A stretch of DNA of 64,000 nucleotides, taken from IMG/VR virus record IMGVR_UViG_3300029305_005484; one strand, 5' to 3'. Positions 19,659-29,038 of this stretch are shown here, in pieces. The notes under the pieces are model-generated. The model saw only the letters and a list, made by a program, of their open reading frames with translations. It was not told where the DNA came from and did no database searches. Position 1 is the stretch's first letter, and every line of letters starts with the position of its first letter. Position numbers and translations under genes: made by a program. The DNA comes from a virus (lineage: Duplodnaviria > Caudoviricetes).

Positions 19659-21782
19659 ATGAAAGGACTAGAGAATATGAGCAGTACAGAAACATCTTAT
19701 CCTATTCCTGAAATTAATTCAGTGGATGATTTAAGAGAATTAACTCAAAAATGTTATACTTTAGAGTATTTCATGGCAACTGAAGAAATCTATGAAGATT
19801 TCTTTGAAAAGATGTATGCTATGATTAAAGGATGTATTGAAAAGAAGGATTGCAGAGAGTATCCTATTACATTCAAATTTTATAAAGATGATGAAAAGAC
19901 TTACACAATGCAATTAAGACATTTTATTGTAAATCTTATTTTACTAGAACCTTTCGTTCATGTAAATACTATTAAGTTTTTGAATGAACGTTATGTAATG
20001 GACTTTGATAAGTTCATGTTAGTTCCTGAGTACGATTTAGATTATTGGATTAATAATAGAATCATTATAGTACTCAGAAATTTCAATGTAAGAGGAATTA
20101 CGATTAATAAATCAATTTCAAAACTTTGTAATAGATTGAGAAATATTTCATTAGATTTCTCGTTAATTATGAATCTTAATTTCTCATATTTCACATTTAC
20201 AGAGATGTATCAGAACAACCCTAGAATTAGAGAAATTATGGAATGTAAATTCGATGATTCTATGCAGCCAAATGATATTGAAGATATGATTGATAAACTT
20301 CTTAAGGAAGAAGTTGATATTTATAAGAATACACCTAATAATCCAATAGGTACAATTCTTAAATCACAAGCAGGTATCAAGATTAAACAGTTTGGTGAAT
20401 TTACAGTTGCACAAGGATTAAAACCTAGCCTTGATGGTGTTATTATGCCTATAGCAATTGAAAATTCCACATTGCTTGGTGGTCTTGATAGACCTTCGTA
20501 TAAATATATTGATGCGGCTGCAGCAAGAAAATCTCTTATTCTAAATAAGACAGTTATGGGTGTTGCTGGTAACTTTGGTAAGTTAACTCTTCAATTAGCA
20601 AAGACGTTGACATTATCAAAAACTGTTACTGATTGTGATACAAAGCATCTTATTACTATACATATTAAAGATAAAAAGATGCTTAAGAAATTCAATAATC
20701 GTTATTATCGTATGGATGAAAATGATGAATTGAAATTATTAGATGCTGAAACAGATACACATCTAATTGGAAAAACTGTACAGTTCCGTTCACCAGTTAC
20801 ATGTGCACTTGGGGATCAAGTATGTGCTAAGTGCTTTGGTAGAACTGCAGGTCTTAACTATGACATTGCAGATGGTGTTGCTGGTTTTGAATCAGAAGAA
20901 ATCACAAAGGAACTTGAACAGAATGTATTATCTTCAAAACATCTTCTTACAACTAAGTCAGAAGTTCTCAAATTTAATGATGCTTTTGATAAGTATTTTA
21001 CATTAAGTTCTGGAGAAGTATATCCAATAGTTGAAGAGAATGATGCTGTTGAAGAGATTAATGACTATGCGATTTATATTAATCCAAGTACTATAGAGAA
21101 AGTAGATTCAATGGATGATGAATCAAGTTATAATACATTTATTACTGGTGGAGAATTCTTTGTAGTTAATTTAGAAACTGGTGAAAGAGAATCTATCAAA
21201 CTTGAAAATGAAGATAAAGAAATCTTTATCTGTGATGAAACTATCGAAATCATGAGAAAAGGAAGAGGATATATCAAGTTCAAAGATTTATCAGACGATA
21301 TAAAGATATTTGAAATGAATATCTTAAACAATGAGCTTACAAAACCTCTTTATGATATGATGGCTTTATTAAACAGAAATAGAAAAGAGGGTGAACCTCA
21401 AACTGTAGATGAAGTAACTCAAAGATTCATTGAACTTCATGTTATCTCAGGAATTAAAGCATCAAGTTTAGCAGGTGAATGTATTATTAATAGATTAGTA
21501 AGGTCTAATATTAATACATATGAAAGACCGGACTTCACACAAACTAATCTTGAACCATATACAATCATCACCATTAGAAAAGCACTTGAAGATAATAAAT
21601 CTCCAGGTCTTGGATTATCAGTTCAATATTTGAAACGTCAGTTATTAAGTGATGAAATTATCACTGAAAGATCTGGAACTTCATATATTGACCCATTGCT
21701 ACAAGCAAAGGTTCCTAACTTAAGTGAAATTTATGGAACTGGAAATATTGGTACAAGAAGAGTACCTAAAGAAGTAGAATAA
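19659..21782 (+). CDS. rpoC: Phage RNA polymerase beta' C-terminal subunit
   Basis: Bridge-helix-like AAAARKSLILNKTVMGVAGNF, DCDT, RSPVTC...VCAKCFG Zn site, trigger-loop-like EQNVLSSKH. Confidence 0.88.
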   Translation: MKGLENMSSTETSYPIPEINSVDDLRELTQKCYTLEYFMATEEIYEDFFEKMYAMIKGCIEKKDCREYPITFKFYKDDEKTYTMQLRHFIVNLILLEPFVHVNTIKFLNERYVMDFDKFMLVPEYDLDYWINNRIIIVLRNFNVRGITINKSISKLCNRLRNISLDFSLIMNLNFSYFTFTEMYQNNPRIREIMECKFDDSMQPNDIEDMIDKLLKEEVDIYKNTPNNPIGTILKSQAGIKIKQFGEFTVAQGLKPSLDGVIMPIAIENSTLLGGLDRPSYKYIDAAAARKSLILNKTVMGVAGNFGKLTLQLAKTLTLSKTVTDCDTKHLITIHIKDKKMLKKFNNRYYRMDENDELKLLDAETDTHLIGKTVQFRSPVTCALGDQVCAKCFGRTAGLNYDIADGVAGFESEEITKELEQNVLSSKHLLTTKSEVLKFNDAFDKYFTLSSGEVYPIVEENDAVEEINDYAIYINPSTIEKVDSMDDESSYNTFITGGEFFVVNLETGERESIKLENEDKEIFICDETIEIMRKGRGYIKFKDLSDDIKIFEMNILNNELTKPLYDMMALLNRNRKEGEPQTVDEVTQRFIELHVISGIKASSLAGECIINRLVRSNINTYERPDFTQTNLEPYTIITIRKALEDNKSPGLGLSVQYLKRQLLSDEIITERSGTSYIDPLLQAKVPNLSEIYGTGNIGTRRVPKEVE

Positions 21783-21842
21783 TTGAATTCGGATGGGTTT
21801 ATTACTCATCCGAATTTATTTTTCTTATTTTGGAGGTTAAAA

Positions 21843-23165
21843 ATGAAAACTAAATTTACTTATATAAAAGAAGCAATAATAAATACTATGAAAAAAAGAG
21901 ATGTACTATTTCAAGTATTATCATCTCATTGGGCAAGTATTGTAACTTCAACTATTATTGGTACATTTGATGTTGATACAATTTATTTTATATCTTGTAT
22001 CATTCCATTGATTCTATTACTGATAAATATATGCATATCATATAATGTAATAAAGAATGATGCTAAGAATAAAAATAATGGAAAGTTAAAGAATGGAACA
22101 TATATAACATTCGATGAAATTGGGTTTTCATCATCACGGATTCATTCAAAAGTAAAAGAAAACAATGATCAAAAATTATTCTATCTTATGGCTATTGATT
22201 TATTACCATATTTTACACATGAAGAAATTCATGCTATTCATAGGGATTTTATGAAAGTAATAGCAGGATTATTTTATGAAAGACCTGTAGATATTGCAAC
22301 TTTCAAAAAATTTAATTTATTCTTAGCTCAATTTTCTGATTTTAAAAATAAAAGAATTTCAGATTATAGAAAACGTGATTTAGAATTTGAAAAATGTTCT
22401 GGATTGACTGGTTGGATCAATAAATGTATTTATGAAGTTGGGTCAGCACCTTCTATAATGGCTGATATAATATTCTTTTCATTTTATGATGAAATTAAAT
22501 CAATATTTTCAGATGATAATAAATATATAACGGATAATACCAAATATAATTATTTCAAACATCTGTTTATGAAAACAAATGATGAAATTACAAGAAATGT
22601 TATAAAAGAAGCATATACAAGAGTTTGCTGGTCGTCATATGGAAAAATTGAAAAATATATAAAGAATGGATTGGATTTTATTGAAGAGTTGACTGTTCTT
22701 ATCCATCCAGATATACCATATATATACACTAATATTCATGGTAATGGTAAAAAAGAATTTTATACAGCATCAAAATTTTATAATCATTTAATAAATGATA
22801 ATGAGCAATGGTATACTATAGCTGATAAAGATTCACATGTTAAATCAATGGAAGCATCATTTGAATGTAGTAAAGAGATATTATTCCCTATAACAAAAGA
22901 ACCTAATAAAATTACTGATCCTGATGGAGAACTTTTAAAATATGATTTTAAAAGTGAAATTGGTTGTCGAATGACTGATAAGAAATTTTACTTTGATGAT
23001 TCATATTCTATTGATGTTACTGATGTTAATAAAATAGCTATGTTTATTCTTGATAATGAGTATGCTGAAGTATTACCTACTAAGATTTTATTTTATATTG
23101 CAGCATATACTTACGTATGTAAACAATTCAGAGATATGTTAATAGAATATTTTAGAGAGGTATAA
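21843..23165 (+). CDS. Hypothetical membrane-anchored protein (start revised)
   Basis: GGAGG RBS before ATG 21843; N-terminal hydrophobic segments; upstream hairpin at about 21786-21816. Confidence 0.7.
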   Translation: MKTKFTYIKEAIINTMKKRDVLFQVLSSHWASIVTSTIIGTFDVDTIYFISCIIPLILLLINICISYNVIKNDAKNKNNGKLKNGTYITFDEIGFSSSRIHSKVKENNDQKLFYLMAIDLLPYFTHEEIHAIHRDFMKVIAGLFYERPVDIATFKKFNLFLAQFSDFKNKRISDYRKRDLEFEKCSGLTGWINKCIYEVGSAPSIMADIIFFSFYDEIKSIFSDDNKYITDNTKYNYFKHLFMKTNDEITRNVIKEAYTRVCWSSYGKIEKYIKNGLDFIEELTVLIHPDIPYIYTNIHGNGKKEFYTASKFYNHLINDNEQWYTIADKDSHVKSMEASFECSKEILFPITKEPNKITDPDGELLKYDFKSEIGCRMTDKKFYFDDSYSIDVTDVNKIAMFILDNEYAEVLPTKILFYIAAYTYVCKQFRDMLIEYFREV

Positions 23166-23168
23166 AAA

Positions 23169-24308
23169 ATGAATATTAATGTCAATAAATACAAAAATGA
23201 ATTTAGTGAAATTAAAAGTATTATAAAGGATATAGAAGACTCTAATGAATTATTTACAGCTCTTAGAGAATATCCTTCAATTCATCATAAAAACTTTTGT
23301 GGTAATTTTATATCCTTTCTAATACCAATATTTAAACCTTATGAATATAAATATTCTTTAAAAGAGGTTATACAAATAACTGGAATTAAAAATTCAGTAC
23401 TATATCCTCTTGATATTCGTGATCATATGGTAGATGGTTGTAAATTTGATAAAGTACTTGTTAAAAAATCATTTTTAAATGCTTTGGGTTTATTAGATAA
23501 ACATACAGAAATAGTACAGAGTGATATTGGTGATTATTTAATGAAAACTTTACCATTTAACCAATGGACAACTAATTTTATACTATACACATTTTCTGAT
23601 ACATTAGAATATAATGATTCCAATACATCTACAGATTATGAATTATATAATTTTTATGGGAAAACAAATGAAGAAATTTATAAATATATTTTAAATTTCT
23701 TCGATAATACAAATTACAAAAAGATTGATCAATTGAATAGATTGTATGAATTAAATACATCAATTGATCTAGATAGAGTCAATACTTCTATAGAGATGAT
23801 ATTGAAAGATCTTGACTTTCTTATATTCTATATATGTAATAATACTACACTAATGATTACAGATCCTGTATATATTTTTGAAGATAGTTTTACAGGATTA
23901 TATGATTTATATAAATCATATATGAATACACATGAAAATCTAATTTTAAGTAATTCAGATGTCTTTAAAAAACCATTCTTTAATATGAATAATAGATGTG
24001 TTGTTAGAGAAAAAACTGAGAGAAGCTCTAAAGATTTATGGACAGATGATATTAAATTTAAAATATCACTATCAAATATAAATATTTACGATTTAAATAT
24101 TTATAAATCATATCTTCAAAATTTCACAGGACGTAAATATGTAGAAGCTATTGATTGTCGCATAGTTTTCTCAGTAGTTATTTTTACACACTTCTATTAT
24201 ATGGGGTTAAAATTATTAGAAAAACTCTACAATGATAAAGATATTATTGGTAAAATCAAATTTAATTCAATGGATATCAATAGTATATATGAAAGATTAA
24301 TAGATTAA
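23169..24308 (+). CDS. Hypothetical protein
   Basis: 379-aa ORF, GAGG RBS. Confidence 0.75.
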   Translation: MNINVNKYKNEFSEIKSIIKDIEDSNELFTALREYPSIHHKNFCGNFISFLIPIFKPYEYKYSLKEVIQITGIKNSVLYPLDIRDHMVDGCKFDKVLVKKSFLNALGLLDKHTEIVQSDIGDYLMKTLPFNQWTTNFILYTFSDTLEYNDSNTSTDYELYNFYGKTNEEIYKYILNFFDNTNYKKIDQLNRLYELNTSIDLDRVNTSIEMILKDLDFLIFYICNNTTLMITDPVYIFEDSFTGLYDLYKSYMNTHENLILSNSDVFKKPFFNMNNRCVVREKTERSSKDLWTDDIKFKISLSNINIYDLNIYKSYLQNFTGRKYVEAIDCRIVFSVVIFTHFYYMGLKLLEKLYNDKDIIGKIKFNSMDINSIYERLID

Positions 24309-24395
24309 AGAAAAGGTGTAAAAACCTTTTCTTTTTTTATATTTAAAATAATCAAAATAACAAAAAAATAAAGGAGATTATTAAATCCCTTTAAA

Positions 24396-24566
24396 TCAAA
24401 TACCATAGGTCTTTTTATATGATTGACCTAGATAATTGATTGTATTGGTGAGTTTATTAGAATTATATCCAAATAGTTCCATTGTACTGAAATCTATTTC
24501 GGAGTGTGAATGATACAAATCTTCACTTTTTCTGATAAACTCAGAGTTTTTGTTATTATCTATCAT
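24396..24566 (-). CDS. Small hypothetical protein (56 aa)
   Basis: MIDNNKNSEFIRK...KTYGI*, GAGGTG RBS, early motif at 24639; below ORF-track cutoff. Confidence 0.55.
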   Translation of the reverse strand: MIDNNKNSEFIRKSEDLYHSHSEIDFSTMELFGYNSNKLTNTINYLGQSYKKTYGI

Positions 24567-24695
24567 AACATTTCACCTCGCCTTCTTTTATATTTAGATA
24601 GGCAAATTCCATTTATTCTTAATCATATTATCTATATAATAATATATCAATAATTTTCCTATATTTTTACTATATTATTTACAAGTGAAGAGAGA

Positions 24696-24781
24696 GGGGA
24701 ACCAATTTTGTTAAGTTAACTTTCTCTAGTTATCGAGATTTTCCTTAGATTACAGAAAACTTACTTAACAAAACTGCAACC
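24696..24781 (+). repeat. 86-bp inverted-repeat element, copy 1
   Basis: GGGGAACCAATTTTGTTAAGT...ACTTAACAAAACTGCAACC; about 88-94% identical to three other copies, no indels. Confidence 0.95.
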
Positions 24782-25140
24782 AACAAGAATTATTAGATAA
24801 TTATTTACCTTATTATGCATATAATCCCCATAATGATCCTAATAGAAATAATAATAATGAACATGGGATATGTAAAATTGGTAAGGTTGTATTTTCATAT
24901 GGAACATCTCAAACATTAGGTTGGGAATTTGATAGTGTTTTAAATGGATATACACGTGAAATAATATTTGAATATCCTTTTACAATTGAACCTGCAGTTT
25001 TTTGCTCAGCATATTATCCATCAGGTTCTCCAGCTAAAACATCAATTTTATATAAAAATAATTCAAAGATTAAGTTATACTGCTCATCTGGTGTACAAGG
25101 ATTATGGGTATATTGGTTAGCTATGTCATTTGCAGAGTAA
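24769..25140 (+). other. Start-less tail-fibre-tip cassette 1 (123 codons, gp53/H-lectin-like pattern)
   Basis: QNCNQQELLDNYLP...GICKIGKVVFSYG...IIFEYPFTIEPAVFCS...VYWLAMSFAE*; no usable ATG or RBS. Confidence 0.75.
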
Positions 25141-25171
25141 TTTTAGAAAAAATCAAACAAAATATTAATAT

Positions 25172-25837
25172 ATGAAAATGAGGTGTATTAATATGAAATA
25201 TAATGAATTACTTTTTGAAGTTTTTGAGTATCAATGTGACAATACTGATTTAAAAGATGATAAGAAAATACCTAATTGGGTAAAAGCTTGTGGTATTGGT
25301 GCTCTGATTACAGCTTTTATGGGATTTGGTAAACTTATAATCAAAAATAAAAAGGCGTTTGAAAAAGAATTACAACGTCTTAAAAATAACGCTGAATTAG
25401 CGAAACAAGATGCAAAAATGACAGGTATTGACGAACTATCCGATTATTCTCAAGAGTATTTTGAAGTTTGTTTAAAATATAATGAAGGAATTTTAAAACT
25501 TAAAAAAGATGTAAATAAAGGCATTTTTAAACCTTCTGACTTGAAAGACAGAGTTAAAGATTTATATAAACAAATCGATGATATTGAACGAGCAAATTCT
25601 AAAATGATTTCAATATTTAAAAAATATAAAGATTATATTGGATTTTCTGATAATGATTTAGATATGCTTGAAAAAGGTATGGCTGATGAAAAAGAAGAAT
25701 GTAAAAAAGAACTTGATAAGTTAAATGAGAAGATTTCTAAGGTTAAAAATATCAAACTTTCAGTTCATGAGGCATGTCATTCTGGTGAAATTACAGCAGA
25801 AGAAAGAGATTTGTTATTATCTACTATAGAAGAATAA
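25172..25837 (+). CDS. Probable head/virion protein with shared C-terminal motif
   Basis: Late motif at 25156; ends KLSVHEACHSGEITAEERDLLL; true start may be the third Met (after GAGGTG). Confidence 0.6.
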   Translation: MKMRCINMKYNELLFEVFEYQCDNTDLKDDKKIPNWVKACGIGALITAFMGFGKLIIKNKKAFEKELQRLKNNAELAKQDAKMTGIDELSDYSQEYFEVCLKYNEGILKLKKDVNKGIFKPSDLKDRVKDLYKQIDDIERANSKMISIFKKYKDYIGFSDNDLDMLEKGMADEKEECKKELDKLNEKISKVKNIKLSVHEACHSGEITAEERDLLLSTIEE

Positions 25838-25854
25838 AAGTATAAGATACTAGG

Positions 25855-26499
25855 TTATCCTAGTATCTTATCTTTATTTTCAACATAAAATGATTGAATT
25901 GATTTTTCAAGGCTTTCTAAATTATCTGAATTATAAGGTGTATATAATTCTTCTTGGTCTTTTTCGTAGAATACAACTGTTCCGTTTTCTAATGTTTTTC
26001 TCATATTAATAACTCTTTGGTTTGTAGAACCTACCCAATGATATTCTTTTAATGCTAATTTTTCTACATATTTACCATCACACAAAACATCAATATTAGA
26101 AAGAATCCATCTTAAACACATTGAGTTTGTAGAGTCATTAAAAGCTTTAATTCTGTCAAGTAAGTTATCAAGTGTAAATCCAGTATATAACCAGATAGTT
26201 TTACTTCTTCCAAATTTCTTTCTGAATTTTAGTATCAAATCACAAAGTTCATGTGTATAATAACATAAACCATCTCCACCTGTTAATGTAAGTCCATTAA
26301 CATGATCTTGTGATACATATCCAAATAATTCATCCATAGATTCTTCAGTAAATTCTAATCCATCATCTTTATCATGAGTTATAGGATTATGACAACCATA
26401 ACAATTATGATAGCATCCCGATACCCAAAGAAGAGTTCTTATACCTTCACCATTTTCGATATTATTAGCCTCGATATTGTGAAATTTCAAACTAATCAT
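25855..26499 (-). CDS. nrdG: Anaerobic ribonucleotide reductase activating enzyme (radical SAM)
   Basis: NGEGIRTLLWVSGCYHNCYGCHN, GLTLTGGD, WLYTGF, DVLCDGKY, WVGSTNQRVI. Confidence 0.93.
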   Translation of the reverse strand: MISLKFHNIEANNIENGEGIRTLLWVSGCYHNCYGCHNPITHDKDDGLEFTEESMDELFGYVSQDHVNGLTLTGGDGLCYYTHELCDLILKFRKKFGRSKTIWLYTGFTLDNLLDRIKAFNDSTNSMCLRWILSNIDVLCDGKYVEKLALKEYHWVGSTNQRVINMRKTLENGTVVFYEKDQEELYTPYNSDNLESLEKSIQSFYVENKDKILG

Positions 26500-26604
26500 C
26501 TCCTTTATTTTTATTAAAAATACGTTAATGAAATTATTATAATCAATAAATTATATATAAAAACATTTATCTAATATGATTCTTAAGAAAGGAAGGTAAC
26601 TTAT

Positions 26605-26931
26605 ATGGGAACCATTATTGGACGTCATTACACTCCTCAAGATGAAAATGGTAATCGTGATATAATTCACGTTGAAACACAAATAGATGCTGTTCTTGAT
26701 CCTGTAACTGGAGTACCTTTAAGAAAGCAATTAGAAAAGATCAAAGAGCAATTAGTTCCTGTAGATGTAGAAGCTAATAAGCCTGGATTTATAACTCCAG
26801 AATTGGTTAAGAAGTTAAGCGATATGGCTAGTAGTACATTTGTTTTAGATAGTGTTAAACCAACATTTGCAAGCGGAGGTTATTGGTTAAACATTTATGA
26901 CCCTTCAATGTCAACTACTGATACAGAGTAA
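26605..26931 (+). CDS. Small tail-fibre-associated virion protein
   Basis: Late motif at 26562; HVETQIDAV and GFITPE motifs reminiscent of fibre N-termini. Confidence 0.5.
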   Translation: MGTIIGRHYTPQDENGNRDIIHVETQIDAVLDPVTGVPLRKQLEKIKEQLVPVDVEANKPGFITPELVKKLSDMASSTFVLDSVKPTFASGGYWLNIYDPSMSTTDTE

Positions 26932-27032
26932 TTTTTCTGATAATGACTTCATTTAATTTATAAACATTAAATTAAATTGAAGTTAGAAAATAACTTAAAT
27001 TAATTTATAAAAAGAAAGTGAGGAAATTTATA

Positions 27033-27782
27033 ATGGCATCAAAAAATGTTGTTATTAAACGTAAAATCGGGAACGATATTTATGAATTACTTCCAAAGAC
27101 AAGTGGAGCACAGGTAGAAGTATCTTATGCTGGTACTGTTCAGACACTTGCAGCTGCATTATCAACGATCTACACAGATGTTAACTCTTGGAATACTTTC
27201 AAGGCTGATGTTGATTTCGCTGGTACAGATAGCGCACTTGATACATTGAGAGAACTTATCGATATGATTAGCAAAGAAGATGTTGCTACATCTATCGCTG
27301 GTGAACTTAAAGCTATCAAAGAAAACATTGATCAGGTTGAAGCTGATTTGGCTGAATTACAGCAAACAGTTGCTGATAACAAGACATCTGCTGACAACAA
27401 CTACAATGCAAATAAGGCTCTTATCGAAGGTCTTCGTACAGACGTAGATGCTAACACAGCTCAGGTTGCTCTTAACAAAGCTGCACATGAGAAAAACGCT
27501 ACAGATATCACTGCTGTTGGTGGAAGAGTTGATACTCTTGAAACAGATAACACAGCAAATAAAGCTGCAATCGCTAAGAATGCTGAAGATATCATTGCTG
27601 TTGGTGGAAGAGTTACTACTCTTGAAACAGATAATACAGACAATAAAGCTGCAATCGCTGAAAACGCAGCTGCTATCTCAAGAATCAATGATATCGCTGG
27701 TGCTCAGGCTCGTGTAATCGTAGCTGAGGAAGTTCCTGAAGATTTGTCAGAACATGACTTATTCATGCAAATCGTTGAGTAA
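27033..27782 (+). CDS. Coiled-coil fibre/whisker protein
   Basis: YELLPKT, ALDTLREL, heptad repeats; late motif at 26963; start revised to ATG 27033. Confidence 0.7.
   Translation: MASKNVVIKRKIGNDIYELLPKTSGAQVEVSYAGTVQTLAAALSTIYTDVNSWNTFKADVDFAGTDSALDTLRELIDMISKEDVATSIAGELKAIKENIDQVEADLAELQQTVADNKTSADNNYNANKALIEGLRTDVDANTAQVALNKAAHEKNATDITAVGGRVDTLETDNTANKAAIAKNAEDIIAVGGRVTTLETDNTDNKAAIAENAAAISRINDIAGAQARVIVAEEVPEDLSEHDLFMQIVE
27495..27662 (+). repeat. Two tandem 84-bp (28-aa) coding repeats
   Basis: NATDITAVGGRVDTLETDNTANKAAIAK / NAEDIIAVGGRVTTLETDNTDNKAAIAE. Confidence 0.9.
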
Positions 27783-27881
27783 TCTTGAATGATAACTCAT
27801 AAATTGACTTTATAATTCACATAGGTGGGGATGCTAATTAATTTTAGCATCCTCATTTATTTTTTAGAAAGGGTGTAAAAT

Positions 27882-28367
27882 ATGAAAAACATTTTATCTT
27901 ATTTGAAAAAAGAATCAATTCTATTTTTACTTGGAGGAATTTTATATTTCTTCATAGAAATACTTTATAGAGGATATTCACATTGGACGATGTGTATTGT
28001 AGGGGGACTTTGTTTCGTACTTATGGGACTTATAAATGAATTATTTACATTTGATATGTATATAGAAATTCAGGCTATAATATCTTCTATAATAATAACC
28101 ATTCTTGAATTTATTTCTGGGTATTTAATCAATATAGTTCTAAAATGGAATGTATGGGACTATAGTAACATGCCATTTAATATAATGGGTCAAGTATGTT
28201 TATTATTTACATTCATGTGGTTCTTTTTATCATTTGTAGGAATTGTTGTAGATGATTATATTAGATATATTGCATTTGATGAGGAGAAACCAAAATACAA
28301 ATCTTATTTATTATTAAAAATTAAAACATATTGTGAACTTAAAAGATTAAATTCTAAGTTGAAATAA
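27882..28367 (+). CDS. Four-TM membrane protein (putative ABC-permease/CmpB-like family)
   Basis: YFFIEILYRGYSHWTM, ILEFISG, VWDYSNMPFNIMGQVCL. Confidence 0.8.
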   Translation: MKNILSYLKKESILFLLGGILYFFIEILYRGYSHWTMCIVGGLCFVLMGLINELFTFDMYIEIQAIISSIIITILEFISGYLINIVLKWNVWDYSNMPFNIMGQVCLLFTFMWFFLSFVGIVVDDYIRYIAFDEEKPKYKSYLLLKIKTYCELKRLNSKLK

Positions 28368-28456
28368 ACTTTATATTAAAATACTAGTATGATATCTTAT
28401 GTATCATATATCTAGTTCCAAAACTGTTAAGATAAAATCTTTTATCGCATTTGAGA

Positions 28457-28486
28457 AGAAGAAGTAGTCATATGACTACTTCTTCT
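28457..28486. terminator. Perfect 30-bp palindrome, bidirectional terminator
   Basis: AGAAGAAGTAGTCATATGACTACTTCTTCT. Confidence 0.8.
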
Positions 28487-28494
28487 ATCTACTT

Positions 28495-28959
28495 TTAAAT
28501 TTTAGAAATTAGACTTGTTAACATAGATTCTGTATTATCTGTAATTATATTATATTTAATACATGCTGCTATATAATAATATGAAGAGTTATTTATGGCA
28601 CTAGGTGAAATACAATTACAAATTAACATTGAATTTTTATTAAACAATTTTTGTTTTACTGAATATGAACATGATAAAACAGGTCTATTAGAATCATCAA
28701 AATAAACATCTGTTGTATTTGATGATAAATTTTTAAGAAATTGAATTAGTTGATTTGATATCTCATCTGATAAATCAACAAACTTTTCATTTGATTTATA
28801 TACTTTCTTTTTAAGTTTATTAAGTGGTATAATATCCGGATATTTCTTTTCATATTTTTTAAGATTAATTTTAGCTTTAGAATAATCTTTTGCTGCCTTT
28901 AAAGGTCCAATCACAGTACCTTTGAATACTTTTCCAAATGGAATAACTATTTTTTCCAT
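28495..28959 (-). CDS. Hypothetical protein
   Basis: 154 aa, GAGGTG RBS. Confidence 0.7.
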   Translation of the reverse strand: MEKIVIPFGKVFKGTVIGPLKAAKDYSKAKINLKKYEKKYPDIIPLNKLKKKVYKSNEKFVDLSDEISNQLIQFLKNLSSNTTDVYFDDSNRPVLSCSYSVKQKLFNKNSMLICNCISPSAINNSSYYYIAACIKYNIITDNTESMLTSLISKI

Positions 28960-29038
28960 ATTATTTTTTCACCTCATTTCATTAAAATAATGTCTTATAA
29001 TCATTTCAACAAAAATATTAAGTTACAAGATAAAGGAA

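Noticed and set aside
24769-24780. Intein junction (QN-C) or group II intron 3' end at the cassette start
   Set aside because: In-frame TAA directly upstream leaves no intein; no domain V sequence recognised
24696-24781. Canonical integron attC site
   Set aside because: GTTAAGT and ACTTAAC fit GTTRRRY and RYYYAAC but occur in the opposite order to attC; cassettes lack starts; no integrase seen
29008-29020. Late promoter before the helicase
   Set aside because: Spacing is AACA-N7-TA, not N6, so not counted
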